The translations under genes were made by a program, and so were the position numbers. This document shows, one piece after another, positions 19,991 to 30,588 of a stretch of 64,000 bases of DNA; the stretch's first letter is position 1, and every line of letters begins with the position of its first letter. The notes beneath the pieces were generated by a model. The model was not told the DNA's origin. It saw only the letters and a program-made list of their open reading frames with translations, and made no database searches. The DNA comes from Dehalococcoidia bacterium (GTDB taxonomy: Bacteria > Chloroflexota > Dehalococcoidia > Plut-88900), in NCBI GenBank assembly GCA_965207225.1, contig CBDBLV010000002.1, positions 32,001 to 96,000 on the forward strand, in the 5' to 3' direction.

Positions 19991-21196
19991 ATGGAAAAGG
20001 CGTTGGAAGGCTACAGGGTTGTTGACCTGACGCAGTGGGAGGCGGGGACATCGTTCACGCAAGCGCTGGCGTGGCTGGGGGCGGACGTAATCAAGGTGGA
20101 GGCCCCCGGGAGAGGGGACCCGGGGCGAAAGGCCCCGCAGGATGTTCCCGGGCTGGACAGCCCCTATTTCCTGATTCTGAACTCCAACAAGCGGAGCATC
20201 ACGCTCAACCTGAAGTCGGAAGAGGGAAAGAGGGTGTTCTTCGACCTGGTGAGGAATGCGGACGTGGTGGCAGAGAACCAGGGCCCCGGGACCCTGGAGA
20301 GGCTGGGGCTGGGATACGACGTTCTTTCCGAGGTGAACCCGAAGATAGTGCTGGGGCGGATCAAGGGCTTCGGGACCTACGGGCCCTACAGCCATTACAA
20401 GTGCTTCGACATGATTGCCCAGTGCACGGGAGGGTCCTATTCGACCAACGGCTTCAAGGACGGGCCTCCCATTGCGATGGGCACGTCAATCGGGGACATA
20501 GGAACGGGGTACCACGCCGCGCTGGGCGTGGTGTCGGCGCTGCTGCAGAGGGAACGGACGGGGAAGGGGCAGGTTGTTGAGGTCTCGATGCAGGAGTCGG
20601 TGTTCAACTTCAGTCGGGTGGCGATGATGTGGTACTACCACGACGCCGAAATGATCATGAGGAAGGGCGATGACGGCTGGAACACGGCGCCATCCCGGAT
20701 GTACAAGTGCAAGCCCGGCGGCCCCGACGACTACTGCTACATCTACGCCACGGAGAGCATATCCGATTCGTGGAACCAGCTGCTGAGGATAATGGGCAGG
20801 GAGGACCTGATTGGCGATGAGCGGTATGCGACTTCAGAGCTGCGGTTCCAAAGGAAGGAAGAGGTGGACAAGCTGGTTGGGGACTGGGCGATGCAGCACA
20901 CTAAGTACGAGGTGATGAACACCTGCGCCGGCCAGGGGGTCGTGGCCGGGGCCGTGCTGAATGCCAAGGACTTGTTCGAGGACCCGCACATCAGGGAGCG
21001 GGGGATGATCGCTACGATGGAGCATCCGCAGAGAGGTGATTGGGAGATGATTGGCAACCCGATCAACCTGTCCGACTCCCCGACGGAGTACAGGGGAGCT
21101 CCACTGCTTGGGCAGGACACGGACGACGTGCTGTCTGGGGTGCTAGGCTATTCGGAAGATCGCATCGAGAAACTGCACCAGGAAAGCGTGGTTTAG
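19991..21196 (+). CDS. CaiB/BaiF family III CoA-transferase (formyl-CoA transferase-like)
   Basis: LGADVIKVE, NKRSITLNLK, ADVVAEN and IGDIGTG motifs. Confidence 0.9.
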   Translation: MEKALEGYRVVDLTQWEAGTSFTQALAWLGADVIKVEAPGRGDPGRKAPQDVPGLDSPYFLILNSNKRSITLNLKSEEGKRVFFDLVRNADVVAENQGPGTLERLGLGYDVLSEVNPKIVLGRIKGFGTYGPYSHYKCFDMIAQCTGGSYSTNGFKDGPPIAMGTSIGDIGTGYHAALGVVSALLQRERTGKGQVVEVSMQESVFNFSRVAMMWYYHDAEMIMRKGDDGWNTAPSRMYKCKPGGPDDYCYIYATESISDSWNQLLRIMGREDLIGDERYATSELRFQRKEEVDKLVGDWAMQHTKYEVMNTCAGQGVVAGAVLNAKDLFEDPHIRERGMIATMEHPQRGDWEMIGNPINLSDSPTEYRGAPLLGQDTDDVLSGVLGYSEDRIEKLHQESVV

Positions 21197-21213
21197 CGGT
21201 CTCCATCAATGGA

Positions 21214-21879
21214 ATGCTAAAACTGGCGACGGCTATTGCCATCGTGCTGGTGATGGCCGGATGTGGGGATGGAGAGCCGGGTGATGGGACCGAGTCGGAG
21301 GTCGCGCTGGGGCATTTCCGGGAGGGGGAGGAATTGCTGGGGAGGGGGCAGCTGGGGGCATCCATCGCCGCCTTTACGAGGGCCATACGCGCCGACCCTG
21401 ACTTCATTGATGCCTATGACAAGCGGGGCGACGTATCCATGGTGATCAAGCGCTGGCCCGACGCGGTGTCCAACTTCGACGAGGTGCTGCGCCTGGACCC
21501 GGACAACGTGCCCGCCTATTTCAACAGGGCGTTTGCTCATTCCCAACTGGACAAACCGCAGGATGCGGTGTCGGATTACACGGAGGTGGTTGAACGGGAT
21601 TCAGGGCAGGCCGAGGCGTACTCAAACCGGGGCAGCCAATATATCAAGATGGGGCTGCCGGCGCTAGCGTTGGAGGACTTCAACAGTGCGATCGAGATAG
21701 ATGGGGAACTGAGTCAGGCGTACGTAGGGAGGGCGATAGCGTATTCGATGCTGGACATGCCGATGCAGGCGCAGGCGGCGATTGATGACTCGGTGGAGCA
21801 GGGATATGTCGAATACAACGTGAAAAGAGTGATAGAAAGAGCTTTAACGGAATACGGGGTGATACAGGAATACCAATAA
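21214..21879 (+). CDS. TPR-repeat lipoprotein
   Basis: Hydrophobic signal peptide ending MAGC; repeated AY.NRG/AI..D TPR helices. Confidence 0.8.
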   Translation: MLKLATAIAIVLVMAGCGDGEPGDGTESEVALGHFREGEELLGRGQLGASIAAFTRAIRADPDFIDAYDKRGDVSMVIKRWPDAVSNFDEVLRLDPDNVPAYFNRAFAHSQLDKPQDAVSDYTEVVERDSGQAEAYSNRGSQYIKMGLPALALEDFNSAIEIDGELSQAYVGRAIAYSMLDMPMQAQAAIDDSVEQGYVEYNVKRVIERALTEYGVIQEYQ

Positions 21880-21889
21880 TCAACGCCGG

Positions 21890-21944
21890 TTGACGGTTGA
21901 CGGTGTGTCCCGCTAGACTGGTTAGTAAACAGACCGGTCGGTCT
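21890..21944 (+). promoter_or_regulatory. Sigma70-type promoter with an overlapping TetR-type operator
   Basis: TTGACG (21890) -18 bp- TAGACT (21914); palindrome AGACCG-GT-CGGTCT at 21931-21944 and a degenerate copy over the -10. Confidence 0.6.
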
Positions 21945-21962
21945 AGTAGAGAGGCATCCGGC

Positions 21963-22568
21963 TTGTCCACAAGAGTAGAGGCTCGAACCGCGAAGGAGCG
22001 CATTTTGGATGCGGCGGCGAGCCTCTTTGCGCGCCGGGGGTATTACAACGCGAACGTGGATGAGATCATCCAGCAGTCGGGGACTTCCAAGGGCAGCTTT
22101 TACTTTCACTTCCCCAGCAAAGAGCAAATGGCCCTGGGGCTGGTTGACCAGCTGAGCGACAAGTTGGTGAGAAGGCTGGAGCGATCAATTGAGGCAGAGT
22201 CGGACCCGCTGAAGAGGATCCCGCTGGCCATAGACGCCGTACTTTTGACTTTCTCCAGGCAGAGGAAATTGGCGCAGATACTTCTGGTGAATATTGTCGG
22301 GCAGGGGAGATCCATGGACCGGAAGTTCCTGCCGATCCGGGACAAGTTTGCGGGACTGATAAAGAGGGAGCTGGACCGGGCGGTGGAGTCGGGAGATATC
22401 AGGGCAGTCGACACGAACCTGGTGTCCCGGTTATGGCTGGGTTCGCTGAGCGAGGTGATACTACGCTGGCTCTTGGAGGACAAGCCGAAGCCCTTGATGG
22501 AAAGCGCGCCGGAAGTGCGGGACCTGCTGATGAACGGCGTAGTGTCGCGTGGGGAGAGGGCTGGGTGA
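21963..22568 (+). CDS. TetR/AcrR family regulator heading the men genes
   Basis: RILDAAASLF..GY and GTSKGSFYFHFPSKE HTH motifs; stop overlaps the menF start (GTGA). Confidence 0.9.
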   Translation: MSTRVEARTAKERILDAAASLFARRGYYNANVDEIIQQSGTSKGSFYFHFPSKEQMALGLVDQLSDKLVRRLERSIEAESDPLKRIPLAIDAVLLTFSRQRKLAQILLVNIVGQGRSMDRKFLPIRDKFAGLIKRELDRAVESGDIRAVDTNLVSRLWLGSLSEVILRWLLEDKPKPLMESAPEVRDLLMNGVVSRGERAG

Positions 22569-23890
22569 CATACGCAGACGTGGAGATAGCGGCGGAGAAG
22601 GGTGTTAGGGGCCAAGTGAAGTTGACTAGCCGGTCGCATCGGCTGGGCAAGGTCGTGACGCCTACGGAAGTGTTCGGGCAGGCCGAGCGGAGGGAGGACT
22701 TTCGGGCATTCTGGTCACAGAGGGACGGTGACACTACCCTGGTTGGGCTGGGGGTGGCGTGGGGTGTGAGGGTGTCGGGGGAGGGGAGGTTTCAGGAGGC
22801 GAGAGAGTGGTACCGGGAGTTGGTGGCGAACGCCAGTGTGGAAGGGCTGGACGTCGTGGGGACGGGGCCCGTGGCAATCGGCGGATTTCGATTCGATGTG
22901 GAAGCGGAGACCTCGCCGGAGTGGGCCCGATTCGGCGATGGGATCATGGTCGTGCCCCGGGTCTGCTACGCTTGGACACCCGAGGGGCAGTGGGTGACTG
23001 AGAACCGTATCTATCCCGCAAATGGAACGGATAGTCTTTTGCAGGTGGGCGGTGAGCAGAGGGTTGACGTAAGCGTGGAACTGGGGGAAGGCGAAAGGTG
23101 GGTTCGCGCGGTGCCAGGGGCGTTGGAGGCGGTGGGGAAGGGGGAGGTGGAGAAGGTAGTGATGGCGCGGAGGCTGGGGGCGGAGAGGAGGGGTGGGATG
23201 GAGGTAGGAGAAGCACTGGATAAGTTGATTGAAAGCGAGTTCAGATGCTCGGTGTTTGCGATCGGGGTAGGTGGGTCGAAGTTCATGGGTGCGACACCGG
23301 AGCCATTGGTGAGCATGTCGGGAGGGAGTGTTGAGTGCATTTGCCATGCGGGGTCGGTGGCTCGAGGGTCAACGCCTGAAGAGGACAGGCTCATGGGTGA
23401 GGCACTGCTTGGAGATGCGAAGGAGCAGCGTGAGCATGACTTCGCTGCAAGATTCGTCGAGCAGGCGTTGATGGGCCTTTGTGAGCAGTTGACGTGGGAC
23501 TCGGCGCCAAAGGTATCCAAGTTCAAGAACGTCCAGCACCTCTCGACGGCGTTTCGAGGGACGAACAGGAAGGGCCGGGACATCTTGGAATTCGTCGAGG
23601 CCCTCCATCCGACACCTTCCGTAGCCGGGGTGCCGACTAAGAGGGCAGTGGAGCTGATAAGGAAATTAGAGGGGATGGACCGCGGGTGGTACTCGGGGCC
23701 GGTGGGGTGGATGGACCACATGGGCCGGGGGGAGTTTGCGATTGCCATCAGGTCGGGTCTGGTGACAGAGGATCGGGCGTATCTGTATGGGGGCGCGGGG
23801 ATTGTGGAGGGCTCGGATGTTGAGAAGGAGTACGCGGAGACGGAGCTGAAGATGCTGGGGCTGAGGCAGGCGCTGGGGCTGGACGGGTGA
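22565..23890 (+). CDS. menF: Isochorismate synthase
   Basis: KVVMAR, GATPE, KEQREH, LHPTPSVAG, RGWYSGPVG and GAGIV motifs; men gene context. Confidence 0.9.
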   Translation: MTYADVEIAAEKGVRGQVKLTSRSHRLGKVVTPTEVFGQAERREDFRAFWSQRDGDTTLVGLGVAWGVRVSGEGRFQEAREWYRELVANASVEGLDVVGTGPVAIGGFRFDVEAETSPEWARFGDGIMVVPRVCYAWTPEGQWVTENRIYPANGTDSLLQVGGEQRVDVSVELGEGERWVRAVPGALEAVGKGEVEKVVMARRLGAERRGGMEVGEALDKLIESEFRCSVFAIGVGGSKFMGATPEPLVSMSGGSVECICHAGSVARGSTPEEDRLMGEALLGDAKEQREHDFAARFVEQALMGLCEQLTWDSAPKVSKFKNVQHLSTAFRGTNRKGRDILEFVEALHPTPSVAGVPTKRAVELIRKLEGMDRGWYSGPVGWMDHMGRGEFAIAIRSGLVTEDRAYLYGGAGIVEGSDVEKEYAETELKMLGLRQALGLDG

Positions 23891-25641
23891 TGAGGGCGGA
23901 AAACCGGAATTATGCTATGACCGGGGCGCTGGTGGAGGGGCTGGCAGGGGCGGGAGTGAAGGATGTGGTGATCTGTCCTGGATCGAGGTCTGGGCCTCTG
24001 GCGATGAGCTTTGTGCGGTGTGAGTCTATTAAGACCTGGATTCACCTGGACGAGAGAGCGGCGGGGTATTTCGCGCTGGGTATGGCGAAGGGAGGTCGGG
24101 GGGCGGTTGTGGTACTCACCACCTCCGGCACGGCGACCACCAACCTGCTGCCGGCGGTGGTGGAGGCCAGGCTCACTGGGGCGCCGCTGATTGTGATTAC
24201 GGCAGACCGACCTCCGGAACTAATCGGCTGGGGGGCAAATCAGACCATCGAGCAGTCGGGTATATATGAAACGCATGTCAAGTGGTCGGTTGACCTTCCA
24301 GTTCCCGGGGCCAGTGTGGACTTAACGGACTATGCCATGGCGGTCGGGAGGAGGGCCTTTGCGACGGCAATGGGGTATCCGTCAGGGCCGGTGCATTTGA
24401 ATGTCCCACTGCGGGAGCCTCTGGCGCCAGTGGCTATTGAAGGAGAAGAAATGGAGGTGTCGTGGGGTGTTGGCATGTTGGGCGCTGTGGTTCCAGCAGA
24501 GGCGCCGAATGGATGGGAAGCCGGGCGGGAGCTAGCAGAGCGATTGAAGGGTGTCGAGCGAGGGATCATCGTGTGCGGGCCCCAGGACAAACCGGGGCTG
24601 GCTGAGGCGGTGTCGGGAGTGGGGAGGAGCCTTGGGTATCCGATTCTTGCCGACCCTTTATCACAGGTCAGATTTGGGAAGCATGACCGGACGCATGTTG
24701 TGGACTTCTACGATCTCATGCTACGCGACCAGGGCCTATGGGAACGGCTCGAGCCGGAAGTCGTTATCAGATTCGGAGCGTGGCCGACCTCGAAATCATT
24801 GGGGATGTTTTTGGGTGGGACCAGGGGGGCACGACACGTGCTGGTGACGGACAACGGCTGGGCTGACCCGAGTCATCTGGCTACTAACGTTGTGCAGGCG
24901 GATCCGCTCTCCTTCTGTAAAGGGATGGTGTCGAGAGGTGAGGAGCCCAACAGAGAAGCCGGGTGGTTGGAGAGGTGGGTTGGGTTCAGCCGGGTGGTGA
25001 GGAAGGGGGTGGGGGAGTATATGTCAGGGATGGAGGAGTTGTTTGAAGGAAAGGTGTTTTGCGAATTGCGGGACCAGCTGCCTGAGGATGCGATCCTGTT
25101 CGCCGGGAACAGTATGCCTGTTCGAGACATGGACACGTTCATGGCCACTTCTGGCAAGACGATCAGGGTTATGGGCAATCGAGGCGCTAGCGGAATAGAC
25201 GGCGTGGTGTCGACGGCGCTGGGGTCGGGAGCCGGGACGGGGGCGCCTGTAGTTGCAGTGGTCGGCGACCTGTCGTTCTTCCACGACTTGACGGGTCTGC
25301 TGATGGCGAGGCACCCTGAGATAAACGCGACCATTGTCGTCTTGAACAATGACGGTGGCGGGATTTTTTCGTTTCTGCCGCAGGCGAAGTACGGCGACCA
25401 TTTCGAAGAGGTCTATGGGACGCCTCACGGGCTCGCATTTGGATCGGTGGCGGAGCTGTACGGGTTGGGATATACGCGGATCGAAGGTTGGGACGAGTTT
25501 GGGGAGGCGGTGGGGAGGGGTGTGGGGACTAGGGGCACGTCCATTATTGAGGCGCCCGGGTCCCGGGAGAGGAATGTTGTGCTTCACCGGGAGGCGGCAT
25601 CGGCCGCAATGCAGTCTCTGCGGAGCGGCGACAGGAGCTAA
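23890..25641 (+). CDS. menD: SEPHCHC synthase
   Basis: CPGSRS, DERAA, TSGTA, NRGASGIDG and GDLSF..NNDGGGIF motifs. Confidence 0.95.
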   Translation: MRAENRNYAMTGALVEGLAGAGVKDVVICPGSRSGPLAMSFVRCESIKTWIHLDERAAGYFALGMAKGGRGAVVVLTTSGTATTNLLPAVVEARLTGAPLIVITADRPPELIGWGANQTIEQSGIYETHVKWSVDLPVPGASVDLTDYAMAVGRRAFATAMGYPSGPVHLNVPLREPLAPVAIEGEEMEVSWGVGMLGAVVPAEAPNGWEAGRELAERLKGVERGIIVCGPQDKPGLAEAVSGVGRSLGYPILADPLSQVRFGKHDRTHVVDFYDLMLRDQGLWERLEPEVVIRFGAWPTSKSLGMFLGGTRGARHVLVTDNGWADPSHLATNVVQADPLSFCKGMVSRGEEPNREAGWLERWVGFSRVVRKGVGEYMSGMEELFEGKVFCELRDQLPEDAILFAGNSMPVRDMDTFMATSGKTIRVMGNRGASGIDGVVSTALGSGAGTGAPVVAVVGDLSFFHDLTGLLMARHPEINATIVVLNNDGGGIFSFLPQAKYGDHFEEVYGTPHGLAFGSVAELYGLGYTRIEGWDEFGEAVGRGVGTRGTSIIEAPGSRERNVVLHREAASAAMQSLRSGDRS

Positions 25642-25643
25642 CA

Positions 25644-26510
25644 GTGACCCTGGTACCAGTGAACGGGATCGAGTTGAACGTCGAGGTGCAGGGGCACGGG
25701 CCTACGATTGTCATGCTGCACGGGTTTACGGGGGACGTGAGCACATGGCATTCCCTGGCGGACCACCTTAAGGAGCGGTACACCACGGTGCTGGTAGACC
25801 TTATCGGACATGGGAGGTCGGATGCGCCGGAGGAGCCGGATAGGTATTCGATGGAGCGGTGCGTGGAGGACCTGCTGGCGCTTGCGTGTAGACTCGGGAT
25901 TGGGGAAGCGGTGTGGATGGGGTATTCAATGGGGGCCCGAGTGTGTCTGTGCCTTGCAGTTACTGCGCCCGAGCGATGCCGGGCATTAGTCCTGGAGGGA
26001 GTGTCGGGAGGGATTGAGGATGAGGAGGAGAGGGTTGCGAGGGTATTGGCAGATAGAGGGGTGGCGAAACGGATAGAGGAGGAAGGGGTGGGGTGGTTTG
26101 TCGACTACTGGGAGTCGCAGGCGCTGTTTACGAGCCAGGTCAGGCTGGATGAGGAAGTGAGATCAGGATTGCGGCGGCAGAGGCTCGGGAACCGGGCCAC
26201 TGGGCTGGCCAACAGCTTACGTGGGATGGGGACCGGCGCACAGCCAACGATATACAGTCAGTTGCCGGGATTCCAGAGGCCAGCGTTGTTCCTGGCAGGG
26301 GAGGAAGACAGGAAGTTCGTGGAACTGGGTCGGCGGATGAGCGGATTGACTCCGAGGGGAAGGTTCGAGTCGATCAGCGAAGCGGGTCACTGCGCGCACC
26401 TGGAGAACCCTCAGCAGTTTCGTGAGAAGGTCAGCGATTTCTTAGAGGTATTGGAAAGCGCGCCTAGACGTGAGCCCGTCCCCGGGGCCCGAGGGAGAAG
26501 TGTTGTATAG
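25644..26510 (+). CDS. menH: SHCHC synthase (alpha/beta hydrolase)
   Basis: LHGFTG, GYSMGAR, GTGAQP and GHCAHLENP motifs. Confidence 0.9.
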   Translation: MTLVPVNGIELNVEVQGHGPTIVMLHGFTGDVSTWHSLADHLKERYTTVLVDLIGHGRSDAPEEPDRYSMERCVEDLLALACRLGIGEAVWMGYSMGARVCLCLAVTAPERCRALVLEGVSGGIEDEEERVARVLADRGVAKRIEEEGVGWFVDYWESQALFTSQVRLDEEVRSGLRRQRLGNRATGLANSLRGMGTGAQPTIYSQLPGFQRPALFLAGEEDRKFVELGRRMSGLTPRGRFESISEAGHCAHLENPQQFREKVSDFLEVLESAPRREPVPGARGRSVV

Positions 26511-27558
26511 CGTCGTGGTCAAGGGAAATGCCGAGACCCGGGGAGTCGGGGGTGGAGAGGAAGCCGTTGGTCGGGGCCAGGGGGGTTTGGAGGAGGTCGT
26601 GGGTGAGTAGGGGGCCGGTGGCGAGGCCGCAGGCATGGGGGAGGTCCAGCGCGGCGGCGAGATGGGTCGTGGCGGCCAGGCCAACGCCGGCCTCCAGTGT
26701 GGATGTAAGGACGACGCTGAGGCCTTTGGTTCGGGAGTGGTCGATGATGGAACGGGCGACAGAGATGCCGCCGACTCTTGCAAGCTTTAGTACCAGGAGG
26801 TCTATGGAGTTAGAGTCGGCGAGTTCCCGGGCAGACTGGAGATTTTCTACGGACTCATCGGCGGCGATGGGGATAGGAGAGTCTCGACGGAGCCGGGAGA
26901 GGGTGTTGGGGTCGGCGGGGGTAACGGGCTCTTCGATGAATTCGGGTGAGTATTTTGCGAGGTGTTGGAGGGCAAGAGCGGCCTGGGGCTCTGGCCAGGC
27001 CTGGTTGGCGTCGAGGCGGAGCTTGACGGAGCGGCCGACGTTCCGGCGGACTCGGGAAAGAGCGTCTTCGTCGAGGTCCAGGGGTCGGCCCCCAACCTTT
27101 AGCTTGATGGTGCGAAAACCCTCTTCGGCGACCTTGATGGCGAGGGTTTCAGTTGCAACGGGGTCGGCCTCGCTGATCACGGCGTTGACCTCCACGGGTT
27201 TGGGGACGCCGTCCAGGAACTCGGCCAGCGACTTGCCTTCGGACTGGGCAAGGCAATCAAAGGCGGCTGTCTCCAGGGCAAAGGCGAGGGGTGGAGGAGG
27301 GACTGCGGACAGGGGTGCTGAGGCAAGGGGACGATTCAGCAGGGCCGGGGCTACGGTTTCGAGGGCTGTGGCGATGAAGCGGAGGGAGGAGTGGCCGCGA
27401 ACCAATGCGGCAGGAGCCTCACCGATGCCAACGAGTCCATCGTCGGTCTCAAGCCAGACTATGAGGCTGAAGCGGGTGTCGATGAGAGAAGAAGAGGTAC
27501 GGAAGGGAGTTTTGAACGGGATGCCTACGGTCTGCCATTCGATGGCGCGGATTAGCAT
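26464..27558 (-). CDS. menC: o-Succinylbenzoate synthase
   Basis: Enolase-superfamily KLKVG, RLDANQAW, IEEP, IAADES and CGLATG motifs; start at MLIRAIE. Confidence 0.85.
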   Translation of the reverse strand: MLIRAIEWQTVGIPFKTPFRTSSSLIDTRFSLIVWLETDDGLVGIGEAPAALVRGHSSLRFIATALETVAPALLNRPLASAPLSAVPPPPLAFALETAAFDCLAQSEGKSLAEFLDGVPKPVEVNAVISEADPVATETLAIKVAEEGFRTIKLKVGGRPLDLDEDALSRVRRNVGRSVKLRLDANQAWPEPQAALALQHLAKYSPEFIEEPVTPADPNTLSRLRRDSPIPIAADESVENLQSARELADSNSIDLLVLKLARVGGISVARSIIDHSRTKGLSVVLTSTLEAGVGLAATTHLAAALDLPHACGLATGPLLTHDLLQTPLAPTNGFLSTPDSPGLGISLDHDAIQHFSLGPRGRAHV

Positions 27559-27627
27559 GAGTGGCAAGTAGGAGGGGTCACGACGTAAGGGCGTCGGGCC
27601 CCAAATTGAAGATAATTCGGAGGGATC

Positions 27628-28431
27628 ATGAATTCGACCTATACGGACATCATATACGAAAAGGGGGATGGAATAGCCAAGATCACCATCAACAGGCCCG
27701 AGGTGCTCAATGCATTCCGGCCGCGGACAATAGACGAGATGGTGGATGCGTTCAAGGATGCCTGGTTCGATGAGCAGGTTGGGGTGGCGGTGCTCACTGG
27801 TGTTGGGGACAGGGCGTTCTGCTCTGGGGGCGACCAGCGATTGAAGGGGCCCGGTGGGTACCGGGACGACTCGGGATCGACGAGGATGCAGGTGCTGGAG
27901 CTGCACCGAACGATGAGGTCGATACCGAAGCCGGTCATCGCTATGGTGAACGGCTATGCCATTGGAGGGGGCCACGTGCTCCACGTGCTGTGCGACCTCA
28001 CGATAGCGAGCGAAAATGCGATATTCGGGCAGACGGGGCCGAAGGTCGGCAGCTTTGACGGGGGGTTCGGGGCGGTGTATCTGGCGCAGATCATCGGGGA
28101 GAAGAAAGCCAGGGAGTTCTGGTTCATGTGCCAGCAGTACTCGGCCAGGGAGGCGGAAGCGATGGGGCTGGTGAACAAGGTCGTGCCACGGGAGGAGCTG
28201 GAAGCCGAGACGGTGCGGTGGTGCAAGGAGATGCTGAAGAAGAGCCCGACGGCGCTGCGGATGCTGAAAGCTTCCTTCAACGCGGCGACAGACTGGGTTT
28301 ACGGGCTTCAGGCGGTGGCCCATGGGGCAAACAGTCTGTTCTACGGTACGGAAGAGGCACTGGAAGGCAGCAACGCGTTCCTGGAGAAGCGGTCTCCGGA
28401 CTTTTCGCCCTACAGGCACATGCCCTGGTAG
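27628..28431 (+). CDS. menB: 1,4-Dihydroxy-2-naphthoyl-CoA synthase
   Basis: NAFRP, FCSGGDQ, GGGHVLH and [10 protein letters not shown] motifs. Confidence 0.96.
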   Translation: MNSTYTDIIYEKGDGIAKITINRPEVLNAFRPRTIDEMVDAFKDAWFDEQVGVAVLTGVGDRAFCSGGDQRLKGPGGYRDDSGSTRMQVLELHRTMRSIPKPVIAMVNGYAIGGGHVLHVLCDLTIASENAIFGQTGPKVGSFDGGFGAVYLAQIIGEKKAREFWFMCQQYSAREAEAMGLVNKVVPREELEAETVRWCKEMLKKSPTALRMLKASFNAATDWVYGLQAVAHGANSLFYGTEEALEGSNAFLEKRSPDFSPYRHMPW

Positions 28432-28447
28432 CCGGTTGGTGAATGAC

Positions 28448-29356
28448 ATGATGACACGTACTCTGAGCTACGGTCGGGCGTGGTTTTGGGCGTCGAGGCC
28501 CTTCTCGCTGAGCGCGGCGGTGGTGCCGGTGCTGGTGGGGAGCGCGGTGGCAGCCGAGCAGGTGAGCATCAGCTGGCTGCTGTTTGCCTTTGCGCTGGTG
28601 GGGTCGCTGGCTATCCAGATCGGGACGAACCTGACGGACGAGTATGCGGACCACCGTCGGGAGGGGGGGCGGGCAAAGTTCCCGGCGCCGCACAAGGTGC
28701 TGGCCCGAGGGTTGTTGACGGAGAAAGAAGTGCTGATCGGGTGCATCATGACTTTTGCGGTTGGGATTGGGATGGGGCTGTACATCGTGACGGAAGTCGG
28801 GTGGCCGATCCTGGCGGTAGGGCTGGGAAGCGTGTTTGTGGCGGTGTTCTACAGCGCGGGCCCCAAGCCCCTAGGCGACACGGGTTTGGGGGAGGCAACG
28901 GTATTCTTCTTCATGGGCCCGTTGATGATGGTGGCGGCATACTACGTTCAGACGCAGGAGCTGGCTTGGGCGCCGTTTTGGGCGTCGATGCCGGTGGCGT
29001 TCCTGGTGATGGCGATCCTACACTGCAACAACCTGCGGGACGTGGATGAGGATAGAGAGAGCGGAAAGAGGACCTTCGTTACGATGCTGGGGCCGAGGGC
29101 GGGGCGGGTGATATACGTCGGGTTCCTGGCGGCGTCTTATGGCAGCATGGTGATAGTTTCCGTTACGGGTGTGGTATCCATTTGGGGGTTGGTGGGGTTG
29201 GCGTCGTTGGTGTGGGCATACCTGGCGGCCAGAAGGGTCTTGACGGGAAAGGACCGCCGGGAGATGAGCATGGGGTTGGTGAAAACGGCGAAGCTGCACG
29301 GGCAGTCGGGGATGCTGTATGCGGCGGGGTTGGGCGGGGCGGTGGTGTTCGGGTAG
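28448..29356 (+). CDS. menA: DHNA prenyltransferase
   Basis: UbiA-family TM protein with QIGTNLTDEYAD, GLGE and NNLRDVDED..GKRT motifs. Confidence 0.9.
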   Translation: MMTRTLSYGRAWFWASRPFSLSAAVVPVLVGSAVAAEQVSISWLLFAFALVGSLAIQIGTNLTDEYADHRREGGRAKFPAPHKVLARGLLTEKEVLIGCIMTFAVGIGMGLYIVTEVGWPILAVGLGSVFVAVFYSAGPKPLGDTGLGEATVFFFMGPLMMVAAYYVQTQELAWAPFWASMPVAFLVMAILHCNNLRDVDEDRESGKRTFVTMLGPRAGRVIYVGFLAASYGSMVIVSVTGVVSIWGLVGLASLVWAYLAARRVLTGKDRREMSMGLVKTAKLHGQSGMLYAAGLGGAVVFG

Positions 29357-29358
29357 GT

Positions 29359-30588
29359 TCAGCCGCCGCGGGCCAGTTGCTTCAGGTTGGTGGACTCATC
29401 GGAGAGGGAGGAAGCGTCGACGGGGGTCTTTTGGCCGATGAGGGTGCGGGTGGGCCTGATATCTCGGAAGTTGTTCACTACCAGCGCCCCGTGTACTGAC
29501 CCATCCTTCAGGTAGAAGGCAGTAAATTTCTCCTCGGCGGGGTCGCCCCGCACTGCGACCTCGTCCCACTCGGTGGCGTGGCCCAGATACTGGATGTTGA
29601 GGTCGTACTGGTCCGACCAGAAGTAGAGGGTGGGAGAGTAGGGTTCGGGGGCGGCTAGCATGGACTTTGCCGCAGCAGCGCCCTGGTTGAGAGCGTTGTC
29701 CCAGTGTTCAACACGGAGTCGGTGGCCGAGACCCGGGTGGTACCAGTTGGTGACGTCTCCGGCAGCATAGATGTCGGGGTGGGATGTCTGACAGAACTCG
29801 TTGACGAGGATGCCGCTATCTACTCCAAGTCCAGCGGATTCGGCGATAGAGGTGTCGGGTGAGATGCCTACACCGATTACGACGAAATCACAGTCGATTG
29901 AGTTGCCCTGGTCGGTGACGACCTGCTCAGCGCGGGCATTGCCTCGGATTTCGGAGATGCCTTCGCGTAGCCGCAGGTCAATACCCCGGTTGGTGTGGAG
30001 GTTAGCATAGATGGCGCCCATCTCTTCACCAAGAATGTGGGCCATGGGCTGGGGCTGGATTTCGAGTACGATGACCTCGAGGCCGGCTGTCTTGCAGACG
30101 GCAGCGACCTCGGAGCCGATGAACCCGGCGCCTACGATGACAGCCCTGGAGGCGCCGTTCATGGCCTGGGCGATGGCCCGGGAGTCGTCTATGGTGCGGA
30201 GGTAGTGGACACCCTCAAGGTCCGAGCCGGGGATGGGGAGAGTCTTCACCCGCGAGCCGGTGGCGAGGAGGAGCTTGTCGTAGCGGAGGGATGCGCCGCT
30301 GGCCAGGGTCACAGCGTGGGCATCAGTATCGATGGAGGTGGCTTCGGCACCCAGGTGAAGCTCGATGGACTGCTCGGCATAGAAATCTTCGGTCTTGAAA
30401 AATAGCTTTTCCTCCTCTTTCGCTCCGCTGAGGAATTCCTTTGAGAGGGGAGGACGGTCATAGGGACGGTGGGGCTCGGCCCCGACGAGGTGGACTTCAC
30501 CGTCGAAACCCTGCTTTCGGAGGGTCTCGGCGGCGGTGCCTCCGGCTATCCCTGCACCAACGATCACATAGGACTGTTTTTCTGCCAT
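29359..30588 (-). CDS. Ferredoxin reductase-like FAD/NAD(P) oxidoreductase
   Basis: GAGIAG, PYDRPPLSK, ATGS, GAGFIG, RVEHW and FWSDQY motifs. Confidence 0.9.
   Translation of the reverse strand: MAEKQSYVIVGAGIAGGTAAETLRKQGFDGEVHLVGAEPHRPYDRPPLSKEFLSGAKEEEKLFFKTEDFYAEQSIELHLGAEATSIDTDAHAVTLASGASLRYDKLLLATGSRVKTLPIPGSDLEGVHYLRTIDDSRAIAQAMNGASRAVIVGAGFIGSEVAAVCKTAGLEVIVLEIQPQPMAHILGEEMGAIYANLHTNRGIDLRLREGISEIRGNARAEQVVTDQGNSIDCDFVVIGVGISPDTSIAESAGLGVDSGILVNEFCQTSHPDIYAAGDVTNWYHPGLGHRLRVEHWDNALNQGAAAAKSMLAAPEPYSPTLYFWSDQYDLNIQYLGHATEWDEVAVRGDPAEEKFTAFYLKDGSVHGALVVNNFRDIRPTRTLIGQKTPVDASSLSDESTNLKQLARGG

Noticed and set aside
27559-28449. Apparent 661-aa MenC fusion
   Set aside because: The extension is the antisense frame of menB; the enolase fold starts at 27558.
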